Origin: Octopus sinensis
Taxonomy: Eukaryota
DNA length: 64,000 nt
Assembly: GCF_006345805.1 (NCBI RefSeq)
Contig: NC_043000.1
Span: 147,622,001-147,686,000, forward strand
Reading direction: 5' to 3'
The notes under the pieces were generated by a model. It searched no databases and had not been told where the DNA came from. It was given only the letters and a program-made list of their open reading frames with translations. Each line of letters opens with the position of its first letter. Position 1 is the first letter of the stretch. Both the position numbers and the translations under genes were made by a program. Below, in pieces: positions 26,283 through 39,539 of this stretch.

Positions 26283-29281
26283 CACCATAGTGTCTCGTTG
26301 CTTGTTGGAAAAATACTTCGTTATTAGGGGGAGTTGAAATGGTAGTTTTTTTTCTCTCTCTCCTTATTTTTTGTTCGAAAGATATTTCTTTTTTTAATAT
26401 AGTTTTAAATGTAATTAATTTTTGTTTAGTTTAACGGAATAAGAATCCTGTTGACTGGAAAAGTTATGCAAACGATTTATAATCCAGTCTTGATTGATAC
26501 ACGAATCTTTTTCTCGTATATACAGTCAGCATTTTTAGATAATATATAAGGTCTATATAATGGTCATAATAACTGCTATAAAAATACGATCTAGATTCAT
26601 CGAAAATTAATATATTTCATTCGTCCACGACTCTATAAAGCAATGACGTATATATATTATTACTTTCGCAGACATAATGTGTAGCTTTATGCTGAAAGAG
26701 ATTTAAAATTAATGTGAAAGTCAGTAAAACTTTTGTGTTCGTGCTAAGAAGATAGTAAATTCGAAGTAATTTCGATCTTAATTGCTATTCTTGAAAACAA
26801 CAGCAACCTTTTTTTTTCATGCAGATTATCAAAATGTCTTTTCTTCATATGTTTGGAGTATTTAAACTCTGGGTACTCTGTAGGTAGATTACTCCTTTAA
26901 ACTTCTGGTCGATTACTCAAGAGTTTGTATTTGCCGTCAATATTGTGTAGTTCCCTTTCGTCAAACAAATTTTGACTCTCCCGCAAATAAATTTATCGCC
27001 TTTGCTTATTTATGATTCCTAATTAAAGAGGAAAAACGACAATATATTCTTTCCGCAATAACCAAACTAACATTTATTTATTAAAAAAATTTTTTTTAAT
27101 GATAAAGTTTCAAATCGAAGTCTTGGGTTTTGTATTACAATTGTCAAACATGGCCTATTAAAGAGAAAGTGTCATCCATCCATCACTCTCAAACCCTACA
27201 CTCGTTCACCTCTAAGATGTGGTTACTAATTATTTCAACTAACATCTCTCTTTCTCTCTCTCCTACACTCTTTCTCTATCTCATTAAATTATAAAAAAAA
27301 AACAATTTCTAGTATTTCTTGATCATAACAAGTGATTTGTTTTGTCTTGAATAACAATGTCAAAACTTCAGTTTTGTATAGATTGTTTTTATTTTTCAAA
27401 TATTTTAAGCATAGAATAGCCCCTTTTCCCCCCCTTCCAATGAAAAAAAAATGCTATTTTGACAATGTATTATAAAATTTCTGTATTGTAACCGATTTTC
27501 ATTTCTTCTTGCTTGGACTACCCAGACTTATAACTGCGAGATTGAAAAAGTGTACAAGTAGAAATGAGACTTATTATTATGATTATTACTACTATTATCA
27601 TCACTATTACTGCTACAGTTAGATTTTCATCTTTAGATTAAGAAGTCATTCGAATTATAAAAGCTAATAGTTTGGGAAAAACCAGGAAAAAGAGATCTGA
27701 TCTTCACACAGAAACTTCCATATGCAAATATGCAGAATAACAAACGACTTAGGCAAAATAGTGCGAGATTGTAGCCACCATTGTTTGGTAGGGAAATTGA
27801 CATATTGGTTGGTAGTAGTTGTGGGTTATTGCGATAGACTGCCTAAAATAGTCACATTTGTAGGTCGATTATTTTCCCCCTTTCTTTTAATAATATTTGG
27901 ATTTTTCTATAGTTATTCAAATGTTTCTGTTAGGGGAGGGAGAGGAAGAAGGAAAAAAAAGAGGCAATTATGGCGAGAGTAATTTCGAATCTTTATTTGT
28001 GGCAAATTGCATTTGGCTTCTTGCAAAAAAGGCCAGCAATAATATCGGAGACATGTTGTGGTATTTATACTTTCTCTCCAATAAGCAATAAATAAATCGA
28101 GCAAATTCCAGCTGGGAACGAAAACTAGGTTGTGGTTAGTTTTCAGTGAATTGTTTTTTATTATACGTGTAAGAGAATATATATACAAAAGCTCTCACAA
28201 ACTAGTTTCGGTTCATATAGTTATTACTTCCGCTCAGCTTTTTGGAAGGAGAAAGTCTTGGCTGTTAGTTAATCCATGTTTAGTTGGACTAACCATTTAG
28301 TTAAATGCATCAGCTTGCAAAAGAAATGAATTTGATTTGCATGGGAATGGATGGATGGGTATTGAAAGGGACTTCCGAATTGATAATTACTAAGTTAGAT
28401 GACGTATAGTTCAGATCCCTTGTAATATAAACAACATAAACCTTTTTTTTTAATAATGGCCGTAGAGCGCCGGACAAAATGTTTGTCTATATCTAGTTAA
28501 GGCCGTTTATATTCTGAGTGGGGCCAGTAAAATGAGTCAAAGATTGATGTAATCAACTGCACAACCACTCCCAAAATTTATGGCTTTGTGCTTAAATTAG
28601 AAATCAGTACGTTTGTATTTGTTAGAAGAATCACCAAGGCTGTTATATAAAATGTACTTGGATCTGACAAAATTAGCATTGAGGACGTTTTCTCTCTATA
28701 TTAGTAAATAATTCATGTGGCGCTGATTTAGATGTTGCATTTGTAAGAAAAATAATGGGGATGCTATAAACCTAATAATGCTTTGTATACATATGTTTAT
28801 TAACTCTATTACTTCCGGCTCTTGTGCATTTATACATGTATGTTAGCCTTTTTTTTTTTAATACAATTAGAGTATGCCTGTCTAAAGGGATCGTCTTCAA
28901 AGTGAAAATGTTATTACATGGCTGACATAATGTGCAATTTCAGTTAGTCAACACTGCACAATACACTCAGCAAAGTCTCAATAAAAATGAAAATTAACTG
29001 AAGCACTTCAGCTACTTCCTCGTTGGAAATATATAGTCATGAAAGAATAAATAGAAGAATTTGTACAAAAGCTTGTAGATATCTGGAGAGATATAAATAT
29101 GATAGGTATCCTAGATTTACTCTTTATGGAATTTGATTTTAGTTATCCTGAAAGACAAGACTCTTTTTTTGCTGTTTGCTATCCTAGAAAAAAGTATATT
29201 CAATGAATTTACTTCAATTTCATTTCTTTTTGAAAAAGTAAATTGTTTCCCAATTAATATGTTTCTCTTTTATTTATTCAG

Positions 29282-29413
29282 GTCCAATTGATTTTAGCAG
29301 TAAGCACAATCACTCAAGTCCTGTGAGTTCATTACCAGTTCATCCAGATGTGAGGTTGAAACGGCTACCGTTTTATGACATTTTAGGAGAGCTTCTGAAA
29401 CCAACTAGTCTGG
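29282..29413 (+). CDS. PIAS: PIAS exon, start of PINIT domain (GPIDFSSKHNHSSPVSSLPVHPDVRLKRLPFYDILGELLKPTSL)
   Basis: Pyrimidine tract + CAG acceptor, donor GTACGT. HPDV-L--LPFYD-L-EL-KPTSL is the conserved PIAS motif. Confidence 0.95.
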
Positions 29414-30632
29414 GTACGTATGCTAAGAAAAATAAATTCCGTTTGAAATACTGTATTTTGTCTCTAGTTAAGCATTAAGCACTATTAACGAAGAGTTATA
29501 TCCCTTCAAATTAAAAAAAAAATTCATGTGAAGTGTTTTGATTTTTACTTTGGTCATTCGATAAACAGAAAATATTTCAGTATAAATATATAAGCGGTGC
29601 CTTAATACTGGGTAATTCTTTTTTAATTTAAAAAATCTGAATTTAGGTATACTAATGTAATCTTTGCATGCGAATTCTATTAGCTTAAGTCTTTATGGGA
29701 TAAATTTTAACTTATAAACAATTGATATCGTCACATGTCTGTACCAGATATTGTTATTGAAAGAGAAATGTGCATAGAAACTTGACAGATTTCGTTAAAA
29801 GATAAAGTTGGGAAGTGTATATGAAGTTACCGATTAGAATTCATCATTAATAGCAACTACTATTTTGAGTATCTTGTAACAGATGGCTCATGAGTGTTTT
29901 TTAATAAGCTTCCTGCTTTGTTTCATGTGAGATATATTTGACTTTAAAGTATATCATCATTATGAAGACTAATTTGAGATGTAATTATTTGCCTTTATTT
30001 TACATTGATTTAGTTTTTACCTGAATATCTTCATATTCTAATGAATCACTGAAAAGATATGGACTGTTGTGCAAGAAAATTTTTACATCTAAATATATAT
30101 ATATAGGAAATCTAATAATGTCTAAATTTCACAAATTAGTCTTTACAGTTTTTTTCTTTTCCTCCAGAAATTTAGTAAAATGAATACTATATGTATATTA
30201 TGAAAATCTAATCCACAAAACTGGTAACTCTTCAGCACAGTAGGACTACCATTAATGAAATTAGTATTTATGTTGAAATTAACTACAGGATGGTGACAAG
30301 GTGGTTGAAATTCATGATACCTTACATTGGAAATAAAGGTTCCAAGTTTTGAATTAAGGGAAATGTATATATGTAGGAGCAAGGCAACTGAAGATGATTG
30401 AAGAGAAACCAATTGAACAAAGAAAAAAAAGTAATAACTGCAGGAAATTTTGTGTACTTACCTAGATTTGTGCAAAATATTTCAATACTATAAGCTTAAA
30501 AAAGCTATGTGAAGAGTAAAATAGACATAAGAAATTCTGAGCATCGAATGTGAAAAATGATCATCAGAGAAGACAGTTAAGATTTTTAGAATTACTTATT
30601 GATTACTATCCCTGCTCCCCTTAACCATTCTA

Positions 30633-31048
30633 TTAGGTTGTCCCAAAAGTTCATAAACACTTGCGAAAATTGAATTTTTACTCGCCAAGTACTAACAAAA
30701 ACTACAAAAAAAGTACATGCAGTAATGTAGAAATGTCTGGAAAGTGAACATGCTTGTGTGTGTATGGAGGGGAGAAAATCAAGTGTAGTGTTGGCGAATC
30801 TCAGGAAGCATGGAAGTCTTGAAGGATGCAGTGCTCCGATAACTAACAACCGATGCCGGCAGTTTGTTCCACGCTTCAGCAACTCTCAGCGTGAAAAAAT
30901 GTTTCCTGAAGTCATGGGAGCTGTGCTGTTTTCTTACTTTGTAAATATGTCCACGGGTGTTAGATGGGTGGAGTTTGAAGAGGTGCTCAGTGTTATTGTT
31001 TGTGCGATGGTTGATAATTTTTTTCTACGAACTTTTGGGACAACCTTA
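30633..31048 (+). mobile_element. Internally deleted mariner-type DNA transposon
   Basis: TA|TTAGGTTGTCCCAAAAGTTC ... GAACTTTTGGGACAACCTTA|TA, ~23-bp TIRs with TA TSD. NRCRQFVPRF resembles the mariner N-terminal HTH region. Confidence 0.85.
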
Positions 31049-31244
31049 TATTATGAAATGAGAATGGTTCTTATTTTAAGCCTGACAGATTGAGAGAAAC
31101 GGAGAATGTCTTTTGTAAATAGGTGTTATTGTAAGTGTGCGTATTTGCACTGGAGGTTTAAAGTTGAAATTTTAAATTGTCATCTTTTGATTTCTCTATT
31201 AACCTTTTATTTGATATATTTTGTTTTCTATTTAACTTTTGCAG

Positions 31245-31329
31245 TCCCTAAACCTACTGGTCGTTTTCAAGAAACATTCTTTATATTCCATCTCACTCCT
31301 CAACAAGCACAAGATATTGCTATGTCCAG
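31245..31329 (+). CDS. PIAS: PIAS exon, PINIT domain (VPKPTGRFQETFFIFHLTPQQAQDIAMSR)
   Basis: ttttgcag acceptor, AG|GTAAAT donor, phases 1 to 2. RFQE..F.F.LTPQQ motif of PIAS. Confidence 0.95.
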
Positions 31330-31809
31330 GTAAATAATGTCTGCGTGTGTTTACTAGTTGACTATTAAATTGTTAGAATCTAAAATATTATTGGTGGCTA
31401 ATTAAGTTGCTGATAATATAATTTTGCTAGTTTTCTTCTATATCCTCATGTTAATAAATTCCTTGTGGGTAAAGTTAGGCGAAAAATTGTCCAGAAGCTG
31501 TGTGTGTGTGTGTGTGTGTGAGAAAGTGCAAGGTTGAATGACCAGGGTGTTCAACACAAAAGATTGTGGGTTCAATTCCTGTGCCAGGTGACATGCTCTT
31601 GAGCAAAACACTTGATTTCATTTTACTCCAGTTCACTTCACTGTAAATGAAATAGCCATTATGTCTGCCAGGTCTACTGTAAATGAAATAGCTATCATGT
31701 TCTGCCGGGTCATGGATGAGCAGATCAAAAGAGCATACAACAACTGAGGACAAAGAGAAACTAATTTGTAAAATAACGTGTTCAGCTGTATATCTATATC
31801 AAAGAACAG

Positions 31810-32030
31810 CCAGTGCCGGTGGCACATATGAGAACTATCCGAACGTGGCCGTTGCCAGCCTTGCCTGGCCTCCGTGCCGGTGGCACGTAAAAAGCACCCA
31901 GTACACTCATGGAGTGGTTGGTGTTAGGAAGGGCATCCAGCCGTAGAATCATTGCCAGATCAGACTGGGCCTGGTGCAGCCTCCTGGCTTCCCAGACCCC
32001 AGTTGAACCGGACGCTAAACGATGATGATG
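31810..32030 (+). mobile_element. SINE family B copy
   Basis: GTGCCGGTGGCAC internal repeats, TAGGAAGGGCATCCAGCCGTAGAA, (GAT)n tail. Confidence 0.8.
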
Positions 32031-32062
32031 ACATCAATGGAAATTGTAGCTGTAGCTGTGAT

Positions 32063-32473
32063 CATCATTGTTCGACCGTGGTTGAGACAATGGAATTTAC
32101 CATGCTACGCCAAATTTCACGGTCCATCATGGCATTACGGAGGTCCTGTTGCTGGATGCCTGTATCCCTGGAGATTACATCAGGGTAGGAGAGTGTGCGC
32201 CCTCTGGTATTGCGAGTAGATGGCTTCCAGAGGAAAAGAGTAGAAATTACCTCTTTTTCAGCTCTACAACAATGTCCAGCAAACTGGACTCCCTTACCTT
32301 TCACAAGAGATGACACAGGTGGTAGTTTCCCATATATTTGCATTTTGGTTGGATGGCGCTTCCACGAGAGATTTTGAGCTCTCATAAGGAGGCGAGTGTA
32401 GGTTCCATCCAACCGCCTCTCAAGCTTCTTTGATAACGTCCGGGTTTCTGAGCCATATAGTAGAATTGTGATA
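32063..32473 (-). mobile_element. RTE LINE 3' end with 10-bp TSD
   Basis: ILLYGSET.TL....ERRLDGTYTRLL...QFAGHC RTE C-terminus. TSD tagctgtgat at 32053-32062 / 32474-32483. Confidence 0.92.
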
Positions 32474-33563
32474 TAGCTGTGATACCAGGCCATTCAGCAA
32501 AACACAGTTTCAGTGCAACCATGGTCACAAATACAAACCAAGATCAAACAGCCCTATCCATACTGGCTACAATTCCTACAATGATGTAGCTCTGGCAGGT
32601 TCTAATGTGTGCCAATGATGCCCTTAGATATAGTTGTCTCGTGTTTTTGAAATGAGATATGTTGGGGATCACATCATCACAATAGATGTTCTGACAACTA
32701 CTTTTAGGTCATAACAGCTTTAAGGGAAGGAACAGATCCTGTGGAAAACTCCCATTGCTAAGTTTGAATAACATGTCCATAGTTCTGAGGTTCTTGCAGA
32801 AGTGAGGGTACACAGTAAGGCTGTCTTTGCTCATACCTCCCAGTGATAAGGGGAATAATGGGATGTGGTCAGCAGGTTGGTGTTTATGCAGAGCTGCCCA
32901 TCACTTCTGTTTATTTTTTTAGTTCTGCTCAAAGTTCTCATAGGGGAAGCCACTAGCATGGTGAGTTTATTAAGATGCTTCTGTCAGTTAACCAAATGGT
33001 TCAGCTGGATCTTTTTTCGTTTTGGTTCTGTCGATCATGAACTGCACTCTTATAAACTTGTACTTGATGGTCTCCTGTACTATATATATGTGTGTGTATG
33101 TGTGTAACAATAATGAGCTAAGGGAAATAACTCTGTAGATTGCGGCAGTGTTTGAACAAAGACAAATCTAACGAGATAAATACTTGATTTATTGAAATTA
33201 TCTCTACTTCCAGAAAGGCTTGGTGACAAGTCTCAAGAATCGAGAACTTTCCAAAATGACCATGCCATTAAAGAAAAGATATATTTCGACTTTTTGGGAG
33301 ACAATTGGACAGTTGTAGAAATGTTTTCACCTTAATACACAGCTGTTGCTCAACATTGTCTCCAGCAGATCGAAATATATTTTAGCTGTACAAGAAATTG
33401 TAGAGTACATTTATGGCAATAAGTAATACGAATATATGTACAGTGGGTGGGTTTGTCCCTGTCCCATGCTGACATGGATTGGACTTCGACTGGATCCTGT
33501 GTATCCAAGGCCTGCATCAAGCTCCAATGTTTGCTTTGGCATGGATTTTACAGCTGGATACCC

Positions 33564-33940
33564 TTACTCTTTTACTTGTTTCAGTCATTTGACTGCGGCC
33601 ATGCTGGAGCACCGCCTTTGGTCAAGCAAATCGACCCCGGGACTTATTCTTTTGTAAGCCCAGTACTTATTGTATCGGTCTCTTTTTTGCCGAACTGCTA
33701 AGTGACGGGGACGTAAACACACCAGCATCGGTTGTCAAGCAATGCTAGGGGGGAAAACACAGACACACACATATATACGACAGGCTTCTTTCAGTTTCCG
33801 TCTACCAAATCCACTCACAAGGCATTGGTCGGCCTGGGGCTATAGCAGAAGACACTTGCCCAAGATGCCACGCAGTGGGACTGAACCCAGAACCATGTGG
33901 TTGGTTAGCAAGCTACTTACCACACAGCCACTCCTGCGCC
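33564..33940 (-). mobile_element. SINE family A, full length
   Basis: Reverse complement of 10096-10470. Confidence 0.9.
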
Positions 33941-34421
33941 TTCTTTACACTGCTTTTTTTTTTTTTTTTGGTGCTGTCTGTTCCATTGACGTTGCCTTGC
34001 ATTTTGCAGTGCTACAAACCCTGGAAGGTTGGGGGGCAGTTTCATGCTAGAAGATGAGGTTACTATGAGAGAAAGAAAGCTGTGCAAAGCAAGTTCCTGC
34101 AGCGATATCTCTGCATGGCTACTAATATATTATAGGGAAAATGTGGAGAGGGGTTAAACGAAAAATGATCAGTAGAAGCTGCAAAGTATAGATGAAGGTG
34201 AGAAGGTGGCCCCAACAAGGCACAACCTGAGTAAATGTGGGTGGGTGGTTTCCACTATACTCACACAGTTAACACTTGCTAAACCATACTAGTAAGAGAT
34301 GATGAAGAGTATCTGGTTCTGCCGGTTATCCAAGTTAGCTGATTGTGTGGGTTATATGATATTGGAAATATATACTGTATACAATGAATGTGATAATCTA
34401 ATAACATTACAGAAAGCACTG

Positions 34422-35021
34422 AGGTGTGGCTGTGTGGTAAGTAGCTTGCTTACCAACCACATGGTTCCAGGTTCAGTCCCACTGCGTGGCACCTTGGGCA
34501 AGTGTCTCCTACTATAGCCTCGGGCCCACCAAAGCCTTGTGAGTGGATTTGGTAGACGGAAACTGAAAGAAGCCCGTTGTGGCCATGGGCGGAATGCACC
34601 AATCCGCCCGTGGCCGATGCCTGGCTCCAGTGCAGGTGGCACGTAAAAAGCACCCACTACACTCACGGAGTGGTTGGCGTTAGGAAGGGCATCCAGCTGT
34701 AGAAACATTGTCAGATAAGACCGGAGCCTGGGGCAGCCTTCTGGCTTCCTAGATCCCCGGTCGAACCGTCCAACCCATGCTAGCATGGAAAACGGACGTT
34801 AAATGATGATGATGATGTTTGTGTGTCTGTGTTTGTCCCCCCCTAGCATTGCTTGACAACCGATGCTGGTGTGTTTATGTCCCCGTCACTTAGCGGTTCG
34901 GCAAAAGAGACCGATAGAATAAGTACTGGGCATGCAAAGAATAAGTCCCGGGGTCGAGTTGCTCGACTAAAGGCGGTACTCCAGCATGGCCGCAGTCAAC
35001 TGACTGAAACAAGTAAAAGAG
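34422..35021 (+). mobile_element. SINE family A with a SINE-B segment (~34579-34816) at the position of the internal microsatellite
   Basis: Head and tail match family A; the middle matches family B including (GAT)n. Confidence 0.88.
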
Positions 35022-35356
35022 ATGTTAACACTGCACTATGTAAAAACTAAGGTGATAACTTATCCAACTCATAGAAATATGTGTGTGACTGAACTGGAAT
35101 TGCATCAACGTTGGATGGGTCGAGATCATCAGCAAGGTTAAGGTAAAATGACTAATGAATTTCAGTTGTTTACTTACTAATACTAATTTCAAATAATGAA
35201 TCCCTTTAAGTCTCTAAGATGCTGATCATGTTCTTGAACATCAGTTTCTTTTGATAATTCATTGTACAAAATGTTATCCAGGGATTCTTGTATAACAGAA
35301 AAAGTTTATTTCTTGGGCAGTATCAAATTATTAGTTCCTTTTGAAAAGATGCTTAA

Positions 35357-35576
35357 CCCTTTCGTTACTGTATTTATTTTGAGATGCTCTGTATTTCTTT
35401 CAATTACTTTAAATATGACAAAGAATTTAGTAAAATAACTTGGTTATCATTCAGCTGGTGTTAGGAACATAAATTGTGACTACGGTTTGGTGGAAAATTT
35501 TAATTCAAAACTTATGGAAACAAGACATTTGCACTCAGAGCCAGAGCCGGTTTCAGCCGGGTTGGTAACGAAAGGG
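35357..35576. mobile_element. piggyBac-type MITE family 2
   Basis: TTAA|CCCTTTCGTTAC ... GTAACGAAAGGG|TTAA, perfect 12-bp TIRs. Related inverted, deleted copy at 63158-63306. Confidence 0.88.
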
Positions 35577-36965
35577 TTAATCAGTGAAATATCACAAATT
35601 GCAACTAGTTGTTGCATATTGTACTTATTTTACGGTATAGACTCGGCTGTACTGACTTGTCTGGAATAAATGTTACTCTGAAAATATACAAACTGGGCTA
35701 TTTTGACCTATTTAATCTTTAATGCTGAATGCAATATGAAAACATATTAGATTATGTCATAAGGCTGTAAGTACCTAATTTGTTTCAGTTTATAGATTTT
35801 CAATAGATTTATACATACTTCTCACTCACAAAATCTTATGAGTAACAGGCTGAGCATTGAACCAAGAAGAGGAGGTGTGAATGAGAAAGAAAGTGAATTA
35901 AGACGTTAGATAAAGGGGCGTGCAGGCTGCTTGAAGGAGTATATTTATTAAAGACAGTCTAAGTGCAAATGATACAAGATGTGCCCTAGTGAAATGCCAT
36001 TCACCTTTTGACAGGCGGGTGGATACAGTACTCTTAGAGCAATTTCCCCATTATCATTTTTATTTTTCATCACAAACTTACCATTTTTTGTGAGTGAGGA
36101 ACTCTTGCATAACACACTACAATGCTGAAGTCAACACTGAGGGCCCCTCTTAGAATTGAGGTGTGTGTATAATTGTAAATAAATGTGCATCTATATTTGC
36201 AGATGAGTACATCTCTATATATTTGCATGCACGTACACGTGTGTGCAGGCATGGCTATGTGGTCAAGTTCATTTTGCAACTACATGGCTTTCTGTCCCAT
36301 TGCATTCGCTTTCTGCAAGTGTTCTTGGAGCCTGTTTGCACACATATACATATCTTCAATATTAGATACTTATGTAATACCAAACCTCGATACTGCATGG
36401 ATTGAAATCTTTTTTGACAGGACACTAGTATATAGTTTTAGTTATTTAGGTTAAGTTTCTTAATTTGGGTAGTTACAGATCTGGTGTTGCTTTGGTACAT
36501 TGGTTAATATGGTTGGTTTAAAGCAGGTGTAGTGTTTGAACCACATGGGCAATGTTACATTTTTATCTTGTGTGTATCTTGGTCTGCCTTGACATTGCAT
36601 GCTAATGTAAACAAAACATCATCATCATTGTACAAGCAGTGTCATTTGTTTACAGTTTTCTGTGAAGACAGGCGTGACTTTGTATTGTGTTCAAAGAACT
36701 AGGTAAATTGTCATACTTAGGAAAAAAGGTGTGGATTGGTGAGAACAAGAGCATTTGACCATAGTAAATCTGCCTTAGCAAATTTTGCCTGACCCATGCA
36801 AATACTGAAATTTGAATATTGAAGCAATGTTAATAATAGCTGTAGCTCCTGTTGCCTACACTGGCTTTGTATTCAGAGTAATAAAACATCATTTAACTTA
36901 TAATAACTCTAACATTATCCAAAATGAATGAAATTTTGTTAGCTCTCCTTTAGCTAATATCACTG

Positions 36966-37300
36966 ATACATGAATGGAAATTGTAGCTGTGATACCAGTG
37001 CCGGTGGCACATGAGAGAACCATCCGAACGTGGCCGTTGCCAGCGCCGCCCTGACTGGCTTCCGTGCCGGTGGCACGTAAAAAGCACCATCTGATCGTGG
37101 CCGTTCGCCAGCCTCGCCTGGCATGTAAAAAGCACCCACTACACTCATGGAGTGGTTGGCGTTAGGAAGGGCATCCAGCCGTAGAAACATTGCCAGATCA
37201 GACTGGGCCTGGCGCAGCCTTCTGGCTTCTCAGACCCCAGTTGCACCGTCCAACCCATGCCAGCATGGAAAGCGGACGCTAAACGAAGATGATGATGATG
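36966..37300 (+). mobile_element. SINE family B, longest copy
   Basis: Internally repeated GTGCCGGTGGCAC / GTGGCCGTT units and (GAT)n tail. 3' fragments also at 37863-37984 and 46940-47058. Confidence 0.85.
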
Positions 37301-38357
37301 AAGGCATAAATTTTCAATGACTGATTGATCTGTTTAACCACAATTCAAAGCTTTTATCAACTCTGTAATTTTCCATTATGTAGCCATTTGAACTACCATT
37401 TTATCTAACAGCCCTTCATACTAACTCGTTTGTGTTTCAGTTCTGTTGCGCCATACATATATTTGCCTAAGATAGGAAAATTGGCAGAATTTGCTTTTGT
37501 TAAACCATATATTGATAACAAAAACTTCTTTTTTCATTCTGGTTAAGTGTTTTGGTTTTATTAGCTTTTGAAACCATTGGCTTCTTTCTTGAACTCTTCA
37601 GTCATATCTAAAATCTTTTTTTTTTATGTAATATGGTGACAAATCCATAAAATTTAACTCTCTAATGGTTGTACATCAATAATTAATAACTTCCTCTGTC
37701 CTTTCTAAAACTTCTATGATCTTCCAGATCACTTTACTGTTATTCACCCTTTAATTAAAACTGAAAAATTGAGTTATTTCTTAATGGAACTTTGCAGATT
37801 AATTGGCCATTGATTAATCTGTCACTGATTTTTATGTTGTCTCATGAAAATTAAAGTTACAACCAGCTGTAGAAACACTGCCAGATCAGACTGGAGCCTG
37901 GTGCAGCCCTGGCTTCCCAGACTCCGGTCGAACCGTCCAACTCGTGCTAGCGCGGAAAACGGACGTTAAACGATGATGATGATGAACTAGTCTAAAAATG
38001 TAATTTTATACATTTACCTGCAAAGAAGAGAAATCATACGTAATTAGAAAAACAAAATCAGTGAGCAGCTGAGAGCTGTTCATTAGGTCAGTGAATGTAC
38101 TTTTTACATCTGTTTAACATCTGCTTTTACATGGCTTAGATGAAATTAGGGCTTTGAGGGTGCGATTTTATTGTTGGATGCCCTACCAGTCTTCATTTGC
38201 TTTTCCTGTAAGGGATTGGTTTTATATTCTGCTACTCATTGCCAATGCAGAGCGACCAGTCTGTAATGTCAACAAGGAATGACAATATCAGTTTCACTGC
38301 ACTCATTTTGCAAAGTGTCAGCATTCATATATGTGTATGTACATATATTTGTATGTA

Positions 38358-38730
38358 GGCGCAGGAGTGGCTGTGTGCTAAGTAGCTTGTTTACCAACCA
38401 CATGGTTCCGGGTTCAGTCCCACTGCGTGGCACCTTGGGTAAGTGTCTTCTACTGTAGCCTCGGGCCGACCAAAGCCTTGTGAGTGGATTTGGTAGATGG
38501 AAACTGAAAGAAGCCCGTTGTATATATGTGTGTGTGTCTGTGTTTGTCCCCCTAGCATTGCTTGACAACTGATGCTGGTGAGTTAATGTCCCTGTCACTT
38601 AGCAGTTCGGCAAAAGAGACTGATAGAATAAGTACTGGGCTTACAAAGAATAAGTTCCGGGGTCGAGTTGCTCGATTAAAGGCGGTGCTCCAGCATGGCC
38701 ACAATCAAATGACTGAAACAAGTAAAAGAG
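38358..38730 (+). mobile_element. SINE family A, full length
   Basis: GGCGCAGGAGTGGCTGTG...AAACAAGTAAAAGAG. Confidence 0.9.
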
Positions 38731-39272
38731 TATACCTTCCAAATCCACTCATAAAGCTTTGGTTGGCTCAGGGCTATTATAGAAAGCATTTGCCCAATTG
38801 TCTGTACAGTGGAGTTGCATAGTTTCCTCTTATGACAGGGATACATTTTACCTATTCTTAAAACTAATGTATGCCCATATACCTATATAGACATGTGTAA
38901 TAGGAAATTTGTTTCCCAACCACATGATTTCAAGTTCAATACCACAGCATGACTCCTTGGCAAGTGTCTTCAACTATAAGTCTTGTGAGTGGATTTGGTA
39001 CTTGGAAACTGAAAGAAGTCTGTTGTATCTTTCATTTCTTGGACTTGCAGTACATTGTGTCCTAGAACAAGTTACTTCAGTGAAATTTCTCTAGTCTACT
39101 CAATTGAAATTGAATACTGAGTGCTGGTGCAACTGCCTGTCTCCGTGTATCTTATTTTTGATGCTCTGCACCAGTAAAGAAAAGGCTAAAAGGTCTGTTC
39201 ATGATGTATGGTACTTCTTGGCTACTCAGACCTGCTTGCAAGTGACAGCTATGTTTTACACACATACACACA

Positions 39273-39420
39273 CCATCATCATCATCATTATTTAGCGTCC
39301 GTTTTCCATGCTAGCATGGGTTGGACGGTTTAACTGGGGTCTGTGAAGCCGGAAGGCTTCATCAGGCCCAGTCAGATTTGGCAGTGTTTCTACGGCTGGA
39401 TGCCCTTCCTAACGCCAACA
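39273..39420 (-). mobile_element. 3' part of (GAT)n-tailed SINE family B, fused to the 5S copy
   Basis: GTTGGCGTTAGGAAGGGCATCCAGCCGTAGAAAC...CATGGAAAACGGACGCTAAA(TGA)n, the same as the copy at 36966-37300. Confidence 0.85.
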
Positions 39421-39427
39421 TTGCGCT

Positions 39428-39539
39428 ATGCTTACTGCACCTAGGTTTCCCAAGCGGTCACCCATCTAAGTACTGACTAGGCTCGACGTTGCTTAACTGC
39501 GGTGATCAGACGAGAACCGGTGCTTTCAACGTGATATGG

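Larger units (their letters stand above)
23400..28700. promoter_or_regulatory. CpG-retaining, SINE-poor island; probable (internal) promoter region
   Basis: CG dinucleotides visibly more frequent than in the flanks (read by eye, not counted). Trinucleotide tracts, YY1-like ATGGCG motifs at 24930 and 27970, candidate first exons. Boundaries approximate. Confidence 0.6.

Noticed and set aside
33742-34786. Recurrent peptides RASFSFRLPNPLTR... and MTTDAGVF...
   Set aside because: Translations of SINE family A copies, not a gene family.
39341-39366. CTGATGA followed by a hairpin on the minus strand, resembling a hammerhead ribozyme core
   Set aside because: No GAAA after stem II. Other SINE-B copies read CTGGTGCAGCC here, so it is a chance variant.
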